DNA of 64,000 nt. It comes from Scyliorhinus canicula. Lineage: Eukaryota. A program made the translations under genes and the position numbers. The stretch lies in contig NW_024055447.1 of the NCBI RefSeq assembly GCF_902713615.1, positions 861,072-925,071 of the forward strand. The letters are read 5' to 3'. Positions 25,001 through 39,377 of this stretch are shown here, in pieces; the stretch's first letter is position 1; each line of letters opens with the position of its first letter. The notes under the pieces are model-generated. The model was not told the origin of the DNA. It was given only the letters and a program-made list of their open reading frames with translations, and did no database searches.

Positions 25001-26760
25001 AAGGGTTGTGGGGAAAAGGCGAAAAAGTGGAGTTGAGGATTTAATCAGATCTGCCACGATCTCATTCAATGGCAGATTATATTCCATGGGCCGAATGGCC
25101 AAATTCTGCTCCTACATCTTATGATTTTATGGCAGCTTGAGGACTTGCAATTAAATGAATTAATAAGTCAGAAATAAAAATCGTTGTGTCATTCATAATA
25201 CTCATGAAGTTATCGAAATTTCCCAAAGCTCAGCAGGTTCACCAACATCCTTCAGGAGAAGAAATCTTCCCTCCTTACTCTGTCTGGCCTATATGTGACG
25301 AGTTCAACAGTGATGTGGTTGACTCATAACTACCTCTGGTATTGCTGAACAAACAAGTTAGTTCAAGGGAAGCTGCTGCAGAAAGTCAAATGTGAATTAA
25401 ATTGTCCTAATTTTGCCAGTGAGGGTCAGATGCCGATAATGAATTTTTAAAAACTGCAAAGTGCTGCAGATTCCGGAAATCTGAAACACAAACAAAAAGA
25501 GGCTGCTCAGCAGATCAGTGAGCATCAGCAGAGAGAGAAACAGATTCACATTTCAGGTGGTCTACCTCATTGACATAATTCAAAAGAGTAGAGCTGATTT
25601 TTCCAGTGTCCTCGACCAATGTCCGTTCTTCATCTAAAATCACAGATTAGTTGGTAACTTATCACATCTTTGTTTGTTGGAGCTTGCTGTTCGCAAATTC
25701 TCTGCTCTGTTTCCAACACTACAGCAGTGACTAAATTCAGCAAAAATATATCAGTGAATTTTTAATGGCTTTGGGATGACCTGAGGTCGGGTAAAGCGTT
25801 TTACAAACACAAGCTTTTTCCAAATGTTAACATTTTAAAATGTAAGTTTAATATGTTGAAATATCTGAGATTGATGTGACTGTAGGTCACTCCTCTGCCT
25901 GATGTTTGAATTCATCTACTTTAAATCGGTTAATATTTCAATCAAATTAACATTCAGTGGAATAACAGCCTGGTTAAAGATGCTTTATTAATTGAGGCAT
26001 CAGAACTTTCAGAAAGAATACTTAATTTAAACGTATTTTTTATTTCAATTAAGTAACAGCTGTTCTAACGGAAGTTTCTATACATTTTATTATACTGTCA
26101 ATATGCTTAAAATAAACTGCTATTTTGAGTTGAAACTAATCAATGCGTGAATGTGTTTATCTCGTTTTTCTGACATGAACACTTCATTGTGACCAGTGAG
26201 GTGTTTATGTAAATAAACACAGAAATAGAAGTCCCAGATTAGATTGTGGACTGACATAAACACAACATCTATATCCCCACCGACACAGCACAGAAATAGA
26301 GATAAAGATGTAAATAGAACAACGGATTCCAGTAGTAGTTGTTTTTGGACATTTGTCTCTTCATCAGTTATACGAGAAAAATGCCACGATGATATCCATG
26401 TTCAGAATTAGCAAAGATTCCCTCCAATCTCGAAATATAATGACAAGCGAAATGTGTTCATAGAGTTTTCCTGAATCTGATATATGTACCTTTCTCCTAA
26501 CTGGTTCTGTCTCATGTCTCTCCACGATGGGTCATTGTCTTTATTCGACAACTTGAAGTCAAAATGCGCCCAATATATTCTCTCAGCCTAAACTCACCCC
26601 ATTGGTTTCCAACTAAATGTATCGAATCTAATGAATTGGAATACATAGAGGGGGTTTTACTCTAAAATGTGGTTGGAGCATTCAATTACCCTGTAGTGTT
26701 TAATGAGAACTGTAGAGAAACATTTATTCTGTATCTAACCTGAGCTGCACAGAGCAGTGA
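22040..26760. repeat. Tandem segmental duplication, copy A
   Basis: Collinear similarity with ~27520-32900, e.g. aagagttatt.gg.cagatgattaaaaac at ~22120/27970 and aatgaattggaatacatagaggg at ~26630/32790. Confidence 0.9.
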
Positions 26761-27621
26761 GGATTTGATGTGGCAGTGCCAAAGGATCGTTCCCGAAATC
26801 GAACCGGGCTGACAGAGATAGATAGTTTCTTGATTAATAAGGGGATCAGGGGTTATGGTGAGAAGGCAGGAGATAGGCTATTAGAAACATAACAGTCATG
26901 ATTGAATGCGGAGCACACTCGATTGGCCGAATGGTCTAATTCTGCACCTGTGTCATATGGTTTTATGGTATAAAGCCCATCTATTGACGATCTTAAAATA
27001 GATAGGTACCTGATTGCCATCGCAGATATGGTGGGTGAAGGGCATCTTCCTGTATTGTAAACCTCTAACTTTTCATGACTCTATGACAAGGTCTAAAATT
27101 ATTATCACTCATACAGTGTGGCGATTAACCTAAACTAATCTAATATTTGTTTTTCCACAAGGTAGCTGACATTAGCACTGCAATGAAGTCACTGTAAAAA
27201 GTTCCTAGTCGCCATATTCCGGTGCCTGTTCGGGTACACAGAGGGAGAATTCAGAATGTCTAAATTACCTAACAGCACATCTTTCGGGACTTGTGGGAGG
27301 AAACCGGAGCACCTGATGGAAACACACACAGACACGGTGAGAACGTGCAGACTGCTCACAGACTGGGACTCTGGCGCTGTGAAGCAACAGTGCTGCTGAG
27401 AATGGATCTATTGAAGTGATTACTGATGCAGGGTCTAGACTAACATAAACCCAGACAGGCTCTCGTGCAGGAATTACTGATACAAAAGTTGATTACCCAT
27501 ATATGATATAGGTTATAGAGCAGTGATTATTGATTCAGGGTCTGGAATATTATAAACTGGGGTTGGGTCTATTTTAGTCGTTCCTGCTGTAGGATCTGGA
27601 TTAATATATGTTCAAATATAT

Positions 27622-27966
27622 AGGCAACACGGTAGCATTGTGGATAGCACAATCGCTTCACAGCTCCAGGGTCCCAGGTTCGATTCCGGTTTGAGTCACT
27701 GTCTGTGTGGAGTCTGCACATCCTCCCCGTGTGTGCGTGGGTTTCCTCCGGGTACTCCGGTTTCCTCCCACAGTCCAAAGATGTGCAGGTTAGGTGGATT
27801 GGCCATGATAAATTGCCCTTAGTGTCCAAAATTGCCCTTGGTGTTGGGTGGGGTTACTGGGATATGGGGATAGGGTGGAGGTGTTGACCTTGGGTAGGAT
27901 GCTCTTTCCAAGAGCCGGTGCAGAGTCAATGGGCCGAATGGCCTCTTTCTGCACTGTAAATTCTAT
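27622..27966 (+). mobile_element. tRNA-derived SINE with CR1-like 3' tail
   Basis: ggcaacacggtagcattgtggatagcacaat.gcttcacagctccagggtcccaggttcgattc...gcactgtaaattctatg; near-identical to 48084-48428. Confidence 0.9.
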
Positions 27967-28673
27967 GTCTAAAGAGTTATTAGGTCAGATGATTAAAAAC
28001 TTGGTCGTCGAGGCAGGTTATATGGGATGATTTTATTCAGGGAATTGAGGAAAAGAGAAGTACGGAATGCATACCAGAGCTTAGGGCCGAGACGCATGAA
28101 GACATCGCAAAGTGAAGCAATTAATTCTGAACATAACATAACGTCTTGATCAATTACAGTTGCAAAACTCAAGAACAATATCTTATATGAACACCTACAC
28201 GAACGGCCAATACCTTTTAGCAGCGAATTCACTTGCTCTTCTGAGCCAGATGAGAGTTCTATGATTGGGTGGATATTTAACCTGTTGGTGCCAATCTGGT
28301 GATTCTGTGAGAGCACTGATCTGTCTAACACTGCCAGTATATCAGATGATTAGTGAATATAATACTAGGCAGGAAAATAATCCCCACCATGAAAACAACT
28401 TTCCAATGGATAGAGTGTAACACAAGAGTAAATTCATCATTTTGAACTAAATAGAGTTTTCCATTAACTTTTGGAAAGTGCTGTGCACCGGTGTTCATAT
28501 GTAGACCAGTTCATTACTGGGATGTTGGTAAAATAGTAACCTCAATATCACCCACATGATAGCAGAGCAAATACACATTTCATAGAACTACTTATAGGTA
28601 TTAACAAGAATTAATATAATCTCCAAATCAACAACGATTGTACTCGTACAAACAAGCAAAAATATACAATCAT

Positions 28674-28900
28674 AGGGCAGCACGGTGGCGCAGTGGTTAG
28701 TATTGCTGCCTACGGCGCTGAGGACCCGGTTTCGATCCGGGCTCTGGGTCACTGTCCGTGAGGAGTTTGCACATTCTCCCCGTGTTTGCGTGGGTTTCAC
28801 CCCCACAACCCAAAGATGTGCAGGATAGGTGGACTGGGCCATGCTTCATTGCCCCTTAATTGGAAAAAGTAATTGGGTACTCTAAATTTAAAAAATATAT
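28674..28900 (+). mobile_element. tRNA-derived SINE with 12-bp target-site duplication
   Basis: TSD ATATACAATCAT at 28662-28673 and 28901-28912; absent from duplication copy A. Confidence 0.92.
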
Positions 28901-31900
28901 ATATACAATCATTTGTAATATCGAGACAGGCAGCAGGAACATGGTCCGGTAAAATATCAACAGAGATAGGCCCTCGTGTGATGTAAAGAGACAAATTCCT
29001 GGGAACATAAAAGAGGCGGAGTTTAATGTAATATAATCCTATGGTCTAGTGTGTATTAATTGAGTGTAACACAAACAGAACAGTGTAGTTTAGACAGCGA
29101 CAGGGTTTACTTTAATATAAATGAAGACAGAGTCTCATTCGACATGAGAAGAAACAGATTTGATGTAAGACAGTGACATACAAAATAGAGCCGGAGTAGA
29201 CCATTCTGCCCTTCGAGCCTGCTCGGCTTTTCCCCGTTTCATTTGGGCCCTTCAGAGCTTTGATCCCCAAGCGCTATGTCTAAATCTTTCTTTAAAACAT
29301 GCAATACTTTCGACTCAACTTCGTTCTGTGGTAGAGAATTCCACAGATTCACGACTCCCAGGGTCAAGATATTGCTCCTCATCTCAATCCTAAATAGTTT
29401 ACCTCGTATTCTTAGATGTTGACCCCTCGTTCTAGCTTCACCCACCATCGGGACCATCCTTTCTGCGTCCACCATGTCTTGTCCTGTTGCAATTTGATCG
29501 GCTCAGAATCATGGGGGAATTAATTGATATCTAATTAATCAGTGTCCTCTGCTTTCTGACCCCCCTGCCAGTGATTCAAGTTTCTTCCCAATTAATTAAA
29601 CTAAACCATTCTTAATTTTGACCATTTTCACCAGGCCTCCCCATATCCTGCTCGGTTCTAAGGGAAATAATCCCAGCTTCCAACCGCTCTGACCATGCAG
29701 CTCGTGCAGTGGGAAGATCAAGTTGCACATATGTTTCTGCCTTGCTTGCATTTAGATGTTATTTTTGGAATAACTGATATTTTATATGGAGCCAGTGGAA
29801 TTCCCATTCACCATTACCATCGTGTCAGCATAAGACCTAAGACTAATAAAAGACCAGCGTCTGAAAAGTAAATTGACCCATGTAAGACTGGACCCATAGT
29901 TTCAACTTTAGATTCCCCGAGCAACATTTCAGAATGTCAAAATACAAACCATGATAGGTTAACAGTCTTTTCCCAGTGGAATCACTATCACCTCCCACAA
30001 CAGATACCTGAGCCCATGATCCAGACCTGTGATCCAATGCAGAAGGAGTGTTTAATGTTCAATTGTTCCATCTTTTAGATGTGATGATATTACAGTCTTT
30101 GGGATAGTCTCGCAATATTATTACAAAACTGGTAATCTGGAGGCCTGAGCTATTACCCCAGAGACAGGAGTGCTAACTCCACCAGGGCATATTGTAATGT
30201 TGTGAACAGTTTTGGTCTCCTTATGTAAGGAAATATATTTTGGAGGCAGTCCAGAGAAGGTTCTTTCGGTTAATCCCGACTATGGAGGGATTTTCAAAGC
30301 TAGGGGGCGTTTCACAGCATAGAAAGAGATCTTTCGACCCATCGTTGCTCTACCTGTCAGCAAAAAAAGAAGAATCTGGCCTTGAATCACAGACCTTTCG
30401 GTAAACAGCCAAACATGCTGACCAATAGCACCACAGAGACTGACAAGGGGAGAGCTTAAGTCGGTTCGACCAACACGCATTGGAGTTTAGAAGAATCAGA
30501 GGCGAAGTTACTGAGATATATAGTATTCTCAGGGGGCTCGACAATGTAGCTAGAGGTTGGTCCCGCTTTTGGGAGAGTCTAGAACCATAGGCCACAATCT
30601 CAGAGTAAGGTGCCACTCATTTCAGACGAGAATGAAGAGGAATTTCTTCTCTCAGAGGGTAGTGATTCTATAGAATTATTTGCCGTAGAGAGTTGGCCTG
30701 ATTGATGAATAAGTTCAAGGCTGAGTCAGACAGATTTTTCATCAGAAAGGCAATCATGGGTTGTGGGGATAAGTTGGAAACGTGGAGTTGAGGATTTTGT
30801 CAGATCAGCAACGATGTCATTGAATGGCAGATCATATTCCATGGGTCGAATGGCCAACTTCTGCTTCTACATCTTATGGTTTTATGGCAGCTGTGGGGAC
30901 TTTCAATTGAATGAATTAATAAATCAGAAAAAAATCGTCGTGTCATTCATAATACTTATGAATTTAGCGAAATTTCCCAAAGCTCAGAAGGTTCCCCAAC
31001 ATCCTTCAGGAGCAGAAATCTTCCCTCCTTATCCTATCTGGCCCAAATGTGACTCTAGTTCAACAATGATGGGTTGACTGTTAACTATCTCTGATATTGC
31101 CGAGCAAGCAAGTCTGTTGACGGGAAGATGCTACAGAAAGTCAAAAGTGAATTAAACCGCCCGAAGTGCACCTTATCAAAAAGGTGGTTCACATCCGGCT
31201 TCTCAGGATGGACAGTTAATGCTGACTTTGTCACTGATGGCCATATGGCGAGAATGAATCCAAAACTGTTCAAAGTGCCGCAGATTCTGGAAATCAAAAA
31301 CAGAAACAACAAAAAAGTCTGCTCAGCAGGTCAGTGAGCATCAGCAGAGAAAGGAACAGATTCACATTTCAGGTGGATTACCTCATTGACATAATTCTAA
31401 CGAGCAGAGCTGTTTTTCCCAGTATCTTGGACTAATGTCCGTTCTTCAACTAAAATCACAGATTAGTTGGTCACTTATCACATCTCAGTTTGTGGGAGCT
31501 TGCTGTGCGCAAATTCTCCGCTATGTTTCCAACATTACTGCAGTGACTAAATTCAGCAAAAATATATCACTGAGTTCTAAGGGCGTTGGGATGACCTGAG
31601 GTCGGGTAAAGCGTTTTACAAATGCAAGCTCTTTCCAACTGTTTACATTTTAAAATGCAAGTTGCAATTGTCAAAAGGTCTGAGATTAATGTGTCTATTC
31701 ATCTCTCCTCTGCCTGGTGTTTTGAGTTATCCACTTTAAATTGGTTAATATTTCAATCAAATTAACATTCAGTGGAAACGAGCTGGTTAGATATGCTTTA
31801 TTAATAGAGGCTTCATAACTTTCAGAATGAATACTTATTTTAAATGTATTTTTTCTTTCAATTAAGTAACTAATGGAGTTCTAACGGAAGTTTCTATTCA

Positions 31901-32336
31901 TTTTAACCAACTGTCAATATTCTTAAAATACACCTCTATTTTTAGTTGAAACTAATCAATACGTGATTGTGTTTATTTCGTTTTGCTGAAATGAATATTT
32001 CATTGTGACCAGTGAGGTGTTTATGTAAATAAACACAAAAATAGAAGTCCCAGTTTTGATTTTAGACTGAGAAAAACAAAGCAAATGTTTCCCCATCAAC
32101 ACAGCACAGAAATAGAGCCAAAGACGCAAATAGATCAACGGATTCCAGTAATGATCGTTTTTCGACATTTTTTATTCATCAGTTATATGAGAAAAATGTC
32201 ATGATGATATCCATGTTCAGAATTAGGAAAGATTCCCTCTAATCTCTAAATGTAAGGACATGTGAAATGTGTTCGTAGAGTTTTCTTGTATCCTATCTCC
32301 CTCTGTGTGTTTCCCCTAACTGGTTCTGTCTCATGT

Positions 32337-32670
32337 GGGCAGCACCGAAGCATGGTGGTTAGCATAAATGCTTCACAGCTCCAGGGTCCCAGGTTCGATT
32401 CCCGGCTGGGTCACTGTCTGTGACGTCCTCCTGCACATCCTCCCCGTGTGGGCGTGGGTTTCCTCCGGTTGCTCCGGTTTCCTCCCACAGTCCAAAGATG
32501 TGCGGGTTAGGTGGATTGGCCATGCTAAATTGCCTGTAGTGTCCTAAAAAAGTAAGGTTAAAGGGGGGGTTGTTGGGTTACGGGTATAGGGTGGATACGT
32601 GGGTTTGAGTAGGGTGATCATGGCTCGGCACAACATCGAGGGCCGAAGGGCCTGTACTGTTCTATGTTCT
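32337..32670 (+). mobile_element. tRNA-derived SINE with (TGTTCTA)n tail
   Basis: gggcagcaccgaagcatggtggttagc...ctgtactgttctatgttctg; interrupts ggttctgtctcatgtctctccacg, which is contiguous in copy A. Confidence 0.9.
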
Positions 32671-34179
32671 GTGTCTCTCCACGATGGGTCATTGTCTTTA
32701 ATCGACAACATGAAGTCAACATGTGGCCAATACATTCTCTCAGCCCGATCTCACTCCGTTGGCTTACAACGAAATGGATTGAATCCAATGAATTGGAATA
32801 CATAGAGGGAGTTTAACTCTAAATTGTCGTTGGAGCAGTCAATGACCTTGGAGTGTTTCATGAGAACTGCAGAGACAATTTTACTCTGTATCTAATTTGG
32901 GCTCCACATGGTGAGTGTTTGACATGACTGCGCAGGGAGATTTACTCCGTATCTGAACTATGCTGACCTGGATGTGTTTGATGGAAAAATGACCAGGTTC
33001 CTTTGCCCAGTAAATGCACAGGTTTCTTTACCCCACTGTCAACCTGTCTTGGGGATCTCTGAGGAAGAGTGCAGAAGAGATTTTACCTGGCATAGAACCC
33101 TTGATTTCCAGACCTTTAATGTATTTAAGCGAGTTATGTAGAGGGAATTTCATTCTGTATAATAATAGCTTATTGTCACAAGTAGGCTTCAATGAAGTTA
33201 CTGTGAAAAGCTCCTAGTCGACACATTCCGGTGCCTGTTCGGGGAGCCCGGCATTGGAATTGAGCCCACGCTGATGGCATTGTTCTGCATTGCAAGCCAG
33301 CTATTTACCCCACTGTGCTAAACCAGCCCCGCTAACAATCTGCAGCTGCACTGGGAATGTTTGATGGGGGCAGTGTGATTGAAGAAGTCCTGGCGAAATC
33401 TTGTCTTCAACCACTGATCCAACTGTCCTGCGAGTGTTTGAAGGGACAGTAGGCCCTGCCTCTGGATTGTACCTGGCCGTGAACCCGTCTCTGTTTGTGT
33501 TTTACTCCCTCGTACCTGTGTCAGTTTATATTCAATAAGGACACTTTTATATTTGTTCATATAAAACTAGGCCACCAATTCGAGGATTGTCTTGATCAAT
33601 AAGGAGTTCAGTGGTTATTGGGAGAAGGCAGGAGAATGGGGATGAGGAACATATCGGCCATGATTTAATGCTAGAGCAGCCTCGATGGGTCGAATGGCCT
33701 AATTCTGCTCCTATATCTTATGGACTTATGGACCCTGTTGGCTCTGTTCAGATTAACCTAGAACCTGACTCTGTTTCTATTCATTTAAACCTGTCTCTGT
33801 ATTACATTAGATACAGCCTCAGTTCTTCACTGGGCCATGTCTCTGTTCATATTAATTTGGACCAGCCTCAGTCATTGCTGCGGAAGAGCATGCACAGTAA
33901 TGTGGAAAATGGCTGGGGAGGAAATTGTGAAGATAAAAAAAAACTGAGGGAACAGTAATAATGTAAAATTCTTTAGCGAGCAATGCTAATCTATGTCCAG
34001 ATAAACGTCATAATCTGTCTTGTCAGCACCCTAGATGCATGCACATAGAAGCGCAGATCTCTCTGATGTTCTTGCAGCCAATTCAAATTGTACAACTGAA
34101 CTTCTATTGCCTGGGCCTAGTGCAATAAACGAAGGGAATGGAATAGTTGTAATTGTGCAACATAAACGATATGTTTCAA

Positions 34180-35580
34180 ATGATGTAATAGGACCTTGGC
34201 TTCACCAGTAACGTCAGAATGTGGTGTTGAGCCCTCTTACTGAACCATTGCATTGATATTGAGTAAGTACACCCACAGTGCTGAAAGGAAGGGAGTTCCA
34301 GGATTTTGACCAGTGACGGCGAAGGAACGGAGACATAGTTCCCATCAAGATGGTGTGTGGCTTGGCGGGAACTTGCAGGTCCTGTTGTTACAATGAATCT
34401 GCCGGGCCTGCTCCTTTTAGATAGCTGAGTTCGTGGGTTTTCAAGGTGCTTTCTAAGGAGATCCTTGTATATCGTTCACGCTGCTAGAATTGTACACCCG
34501 TGATTCAGGGAGCGAATATTTAAGCTGGTGGATGGGGTGTTCGTCGAGAGGGCTGCTTTGTCCAGGATGGCGTCGCGATTCTCGAAATTGCTTGAGGAAC
34601 ACATTTCAGACAAATGGAGGACATTCAATAAACTCCTGACTTCTGCCGTATAGATGATGGATAGGATTTGGGAAGTCTGGAGGTGAGATACTCACCACAG
34701 AATTTCCAGCCACTGACCAGCTCTTGTAGCCACATTATTTAAAAGGTTCTTCCAATTTAGTTCTTAATCAATGATAATCCAGAGGATGTTTATTGTGGGG
34801 GATTACATCACGGTAGTGTCATTTAAAATCCAGGGGAGATGGTTAGCATCTCCCTTTTTGGGATGGTCATTCCCTGACACTTGTCAGCCCAAGCCTGAAT
34901 GTTGTCCAAGTCTTGTTGCGTATGAAGACAGACTGCTTCAATATTAGAGGAATCGAATATGGTGCACAACATTGGGTAAACATCAGCGAACATTCCCACT
35001 TCTGACCTTATGATGAAGGGTGAAGCTAGGGCCGGGGACACTATGCTAGGACACTATACGTGACAGGATGCTCCTTGACACTTTTCATGAAGTTGCTGAT
35101 GATCGAGTGCGGACTGATAGAGAAATAATTAGCCGGGTTGGATTTTTCCTGCCTTTTGGGGACGGGTCATGTTTGCCAATGTTACACATTGTTGTATACA
35201 TGGCAGTGCTGTACCTGCACTGGAGAAACATGTCTGGGGCGCAGCCAGTTCTGCAGCACAAATCTTCAGTCTTGTTGCTGGAATGCTGCCAGGAATAATA
35301 ACATTAGCAGCGCCGTCAGCCGTTTCTTGATGTCATGTGGAGTGAATCAAATTTGCTGAAGACTGACATCCATGATGATGTAGACCACCGGAGGAGGCCG
35401 AGATGGATCATCCTCGGCAAGGCTGACAGAAACTTTCAGTCTTGTTTTTTGCACTGATGTGCTGGGCTCCCCCATAATTGAAGAGGGGGATTTTATTGAG
35501 GCTCCTATTCCAGCTTTTTGTTTATTTGTTGATTACTATTCAGGACTGGATGTGGCAAAACTGCAAAGGCAGATCCGAAA
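34180..35580 (-). mobile_element. Old degenerate LINE fragments
   Basis: ORF 34823..35041 has VGMFADV...QQDLDNIQAWADK, as in the LINE fragments at 105-720, 12060-12720 and 50240-51310. Boundaries are approximate. Confidence 0.6.
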
Positions 35581-38500
35581 CATTGAAAATGGGATCACAG
35601 TGATTATGTGGCATACACATTGAGATGTACTGGTGCAGTATTAATTGAAACAGAGTGTCGTGTATTATAAACAAAGACAGAGTCTAGCCTAACAAAAATA
35701 CAGATGGAGTCTAATTTAAAATTAACAGAGAAGGGGATCACTGCATTAATTATTGAGTTAATGTCCGCTTCATGTCTCGTCAGGCATCTCGATGTAAATG
35801 CCATCTGCTGGCCAAACTGTGCAATTGCAGTGATTGTGAAATGTCACTGTCAGGTATGATCCATGATGATTTTACATAGAATTTACAGTGCAGAAGGAGG
35901 CCATTCGGCCCATTGAGTCTGCACTGACTCTTGGAAAGAGCACCCTACCCAAGGTTAACACCTCCACCCTATTACCATAACCCAGTAACCCCACCCAACA
36001 CTAAGGGCAATTTTGGACACTAAGGGCAATTTAGCGTGGCCAAATGATGTATCACTAATCCTTTTTCCACAAACGTAATACCACATCGCCTTCTGCGGGA
36101 GATTTCAAAATATAAGGTGTAACTAATTGCAAGTGTCGATGGCTGATTATCCCACATTGAGATCAGAAACAGAGCTAAGCTGCTCAATTCCTGGTCATGC
36201 ATTTTTGTTCATCTTTGTTAAATAGAGGAATGTTTACCTGGGCGTTGTATCATGCGAAATGTAACATTCATCTAACAAACATAGTGTTGGGGAGAGTTTA
36301 TTGATTCACTATACCACCTGGAAAATGGTTGGGATCAATGTCACCGAAGATTCCCAGGAAGTTAACATGGGATTTTAATTTTAATGGGGAAATGTGGGTG
36401 TGCGTGTAAGACAGAGAGAATGCGTGTGAGAGACTGTGTGTGTGTGTCTGTGCTTGTGTGAAACACATGTTGCGTACAACTAAATTTCACAAAGGCCACG
36501 ACATCCTTCTATTTCCAATAGATGAACCGCAAATATTTCCACAAATGTAGCACACGAAGCTCCCAATTGTCGTTCTAGGTTGCCATTTTCTCGGTTTGTG
36601 TCTATTTCAAACCTGCTAAATCCACCGGTCCTGGTGGTTCACACCAGCCCACCGGACGTGTCCTATTTTTTCAGTTTGCAGCTGGTGACACCCAGTTGCG
36701 ATGATCAATATTTAGGTTTAAGGACATTATGTCACACTTGGAAGAATCCTTGAAGCGGAATATCGGCCTTCCCACTGGGTGCGTGGCTCCGGCTACTTCG
36801 CAAAGTGGAAATTCCTTGCTCGTGTGACCATGGCCGATTTAGGGACCACACTGGAAATATGCAAACCACCTATTTTTACCTTGGAGAGACTTGGATGCTC
36901 TGTCTTTGAGAGAACTGCCGCATTTCTGATTGTGTCCGGCCAGTAAATATCCATAATGCATTGCGGACAACAAAGATGACATTTGCTGAGCTATTTTTCT
37001 TCACAGGTGAAGGTGTTCCTTGTTTCACAGCCAGACAACAGGATTCTGAGAGTTCAGGCCTTATAAACCATCAGCTTGTTCCAATGGGCCAGCTTGATGT
37101 TATTCCATGGGCATTCAATGAGTAAAACAAAGGTCGTAACTGTTTTTCCACATGAATTACATTCTACATCAAGGCAGTCTCTCACCATGGAAACTCGGGA
37201 GCAGAATCTGCTCACCGGCTCTTAATTAGGTTGACCATGGCGAAAGTGCAACACCTTGACCCACAACCACGATTTTCCTCATGCTTATGGTAAGGAAGAA
37301 CAAGATACAGGCACCGAGGACACAGTCCATGAGTCTCTGAATATGATGTTTTGTTTTGATGATCGAATTTTCAGCGTAGAGGAATTCTCTGATGAGGATG
37401 TATTGTGATTATGTCTCCGTTTTGATGACTAAGAGGTTGTAGAGGTTGCAGCCTGACCGAGTGTGTGAGTGGATTTTATTCTTGTCTTCAGGTAAGGCGA
37501 AGATCAGCAGTATGGAGAGGAAGCTGCCGAATAGAGGTGTGTGTGGGACATTGTCCTCTTTCACTCAATTATTCACTTAGAATCTGTCGGAAGTGGAATG
37601 ATCACTCTGTCCCGTGCAGTGCATTTTACCATGGAAGGAGTGAATGCGACAGGGGAGCTTCAGCAGTCAGCCAATTTCCCCCAAATCATATAGCCCCGAC
37701 TCTGTGGACAGTGTCGAATATTTATCGAGATTGACGAAAGTAAGGTGAAGAGGTAGGCATGTGGCAGAGAGAGCAGATCATGTCCAGAGTAAACCTTGTG
37801 ACGCAAACACAGCACCATTCTTCCAGCAACATTTGGCCTGAAAGCAGATGAAGTGTTTAAACTGTGACCATTGGAAAGGCCTTCCCAGTGCTGCGATGAG
37901 TGAGATATGTCACTAGTTGCTGCAGTCTCCTCTGTCCACTTTATTTTCAGATATTGGTTATGATTTTGCATCATGAATCTCCTGTGGGATGGGTTATATC
38001 TTCCAGGAGAGAAGGCGTCGGTCATAAATGTTCAGAAACATAGCAATAATATTCACCAATTTTCGTTCATTTATTAATATAAATAATTAGATTCACAAAT
38101 TGCTATCGTTCCATAAAGTACAGTTTTAAATTAAGTTATACGGTGTGGCCATCGAGGGCTCGGCCATGACTTATTGTCCATCGCTAATTGCCTTTCACAA
38201 AGAGGCGGTGAACTTCTTGTTTGAACTTCTGCAGTCACTCTGGTGTAGAGACACCGACGATGCTGTTAGGGAGGCAGCTGTAGGTTTTTGAATCAGCGAC
38301 ACTGAAGATTCTGTGATATATTTCCAAGTCAGGATAGTGAGTGATCTGGAGGAGAATTTCCAGGTGGTCATCTTCCCATGTGTCAGCTGCCTTTACCTTC
38401 TGGAAGGTAATGGTCCTGGGTTTAGAAAGTGTTTCAAGGGAGACTTGCTGCCCTCCTGCAGCTCATCTTGTGGATGGTACATGATTGCCATTGTTAGTTG

Positions 38501-39175
38501 GTGGTGGATGGAATGAGTGTTTGCGCATAGGGTGGCAATCAAGCGGAGCTGCTTTGGCCTGGAAGGTGTCAGAGTATTCAATTACAGTCCTGACTTGTGC
38601 CTTGCAGATGGTGAACAGGCTTTCGGAATCAGGAGGTGTGTTGCTCGCTGCAGGCTTCCGAGACGCTGACCGGATCTTGTAGCCTCAGCATTTATATGGT
38701 TAGTCCAGTACCGTTTCTGGTCAATAGTAACCCCAGTGTATTGATCGTGCGGGATTCAGCGATGGCAGAATCAGTCAATATCAAGTGGCGATGGTGAGAT
38801 TCTATTTTGCTGGAGATGGTCATTGTTTAGCAATTCCGTGGCGAATATTACCAATTGTCACAATTCACAAAGTTAAATAATGATATTAATCAATTATCAT
38901 CAACTCACAACATAAAACGTTATATTTACCAATTATGATCCACACCTTTTTTACAAACTGTAAATGCAATTCATTCAAGGGAGGTGGATTTGAGACCAGG
39001 AAGAGATCAGCCATGATGATTGAATGGCGGAGCAGGCTCGAAGGGCTGAACTGCCGACTTCCGCTCCTAATTCCTATAGTCATATGTTCAACATAATTTA
39101 TTTGAGATAGGATTGACTATTCTGTCACCGAGTAGTCACATCTGCATCAGAATTCAATGTGAAATGGAATTAAAC

Positions 39176-39377
39176 CAGTAAGAAGTCTTACAACACCAGG
39201 TTAAAGTCCAACAGGTTTGTTTCAAACACGAGCTTTCGGAGCACGGCTCCTTCTTCAGGTGAAGAAGGAGCCGTGCTCCGAAAGCTCGTGTTTGAAACAA
39301 ACCTGTTGGACTTTAACCTGGTGTTGTAAGACTTCTTACTGTGCTCACCCCAGTCCAACGCCGGCATCTCCACATCA
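39176..39377. mobile_element. Short palindromic insertion (Penelope-like terminal repeat derivative, tentative) with 12-bp TSD
   Basis: Perfect 82-bp inverted arms 39176-39257 and 39260-39341 with a 2-nt loop; direct repeat GAATTAAACCAG at 39167-39178 and 39378-39389. Confidence 0.8.

Larger units (their letters stand above)
27520..32900. repeat. Tandem segmental duplication, copy B (carries copy-specific SINEs)
   Basis: Collinear with copy A; the SINEs at 28674 and 32337 interrupt sequence that is contiguous in copy A. Confidence 0.9.

Noticed and set aside
35596-35625. CACAGTG-12-ACACATTGA possible RSS
   Set aside because: Poor nonamer match and no adjacent coding segment.
36480-37400. 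Possible decayed L1/Tx1-like ORF2 end on minus (VIFVVRNALW)
   Set aside because: Only one short motif with many stops; too weak to annotate without a search.
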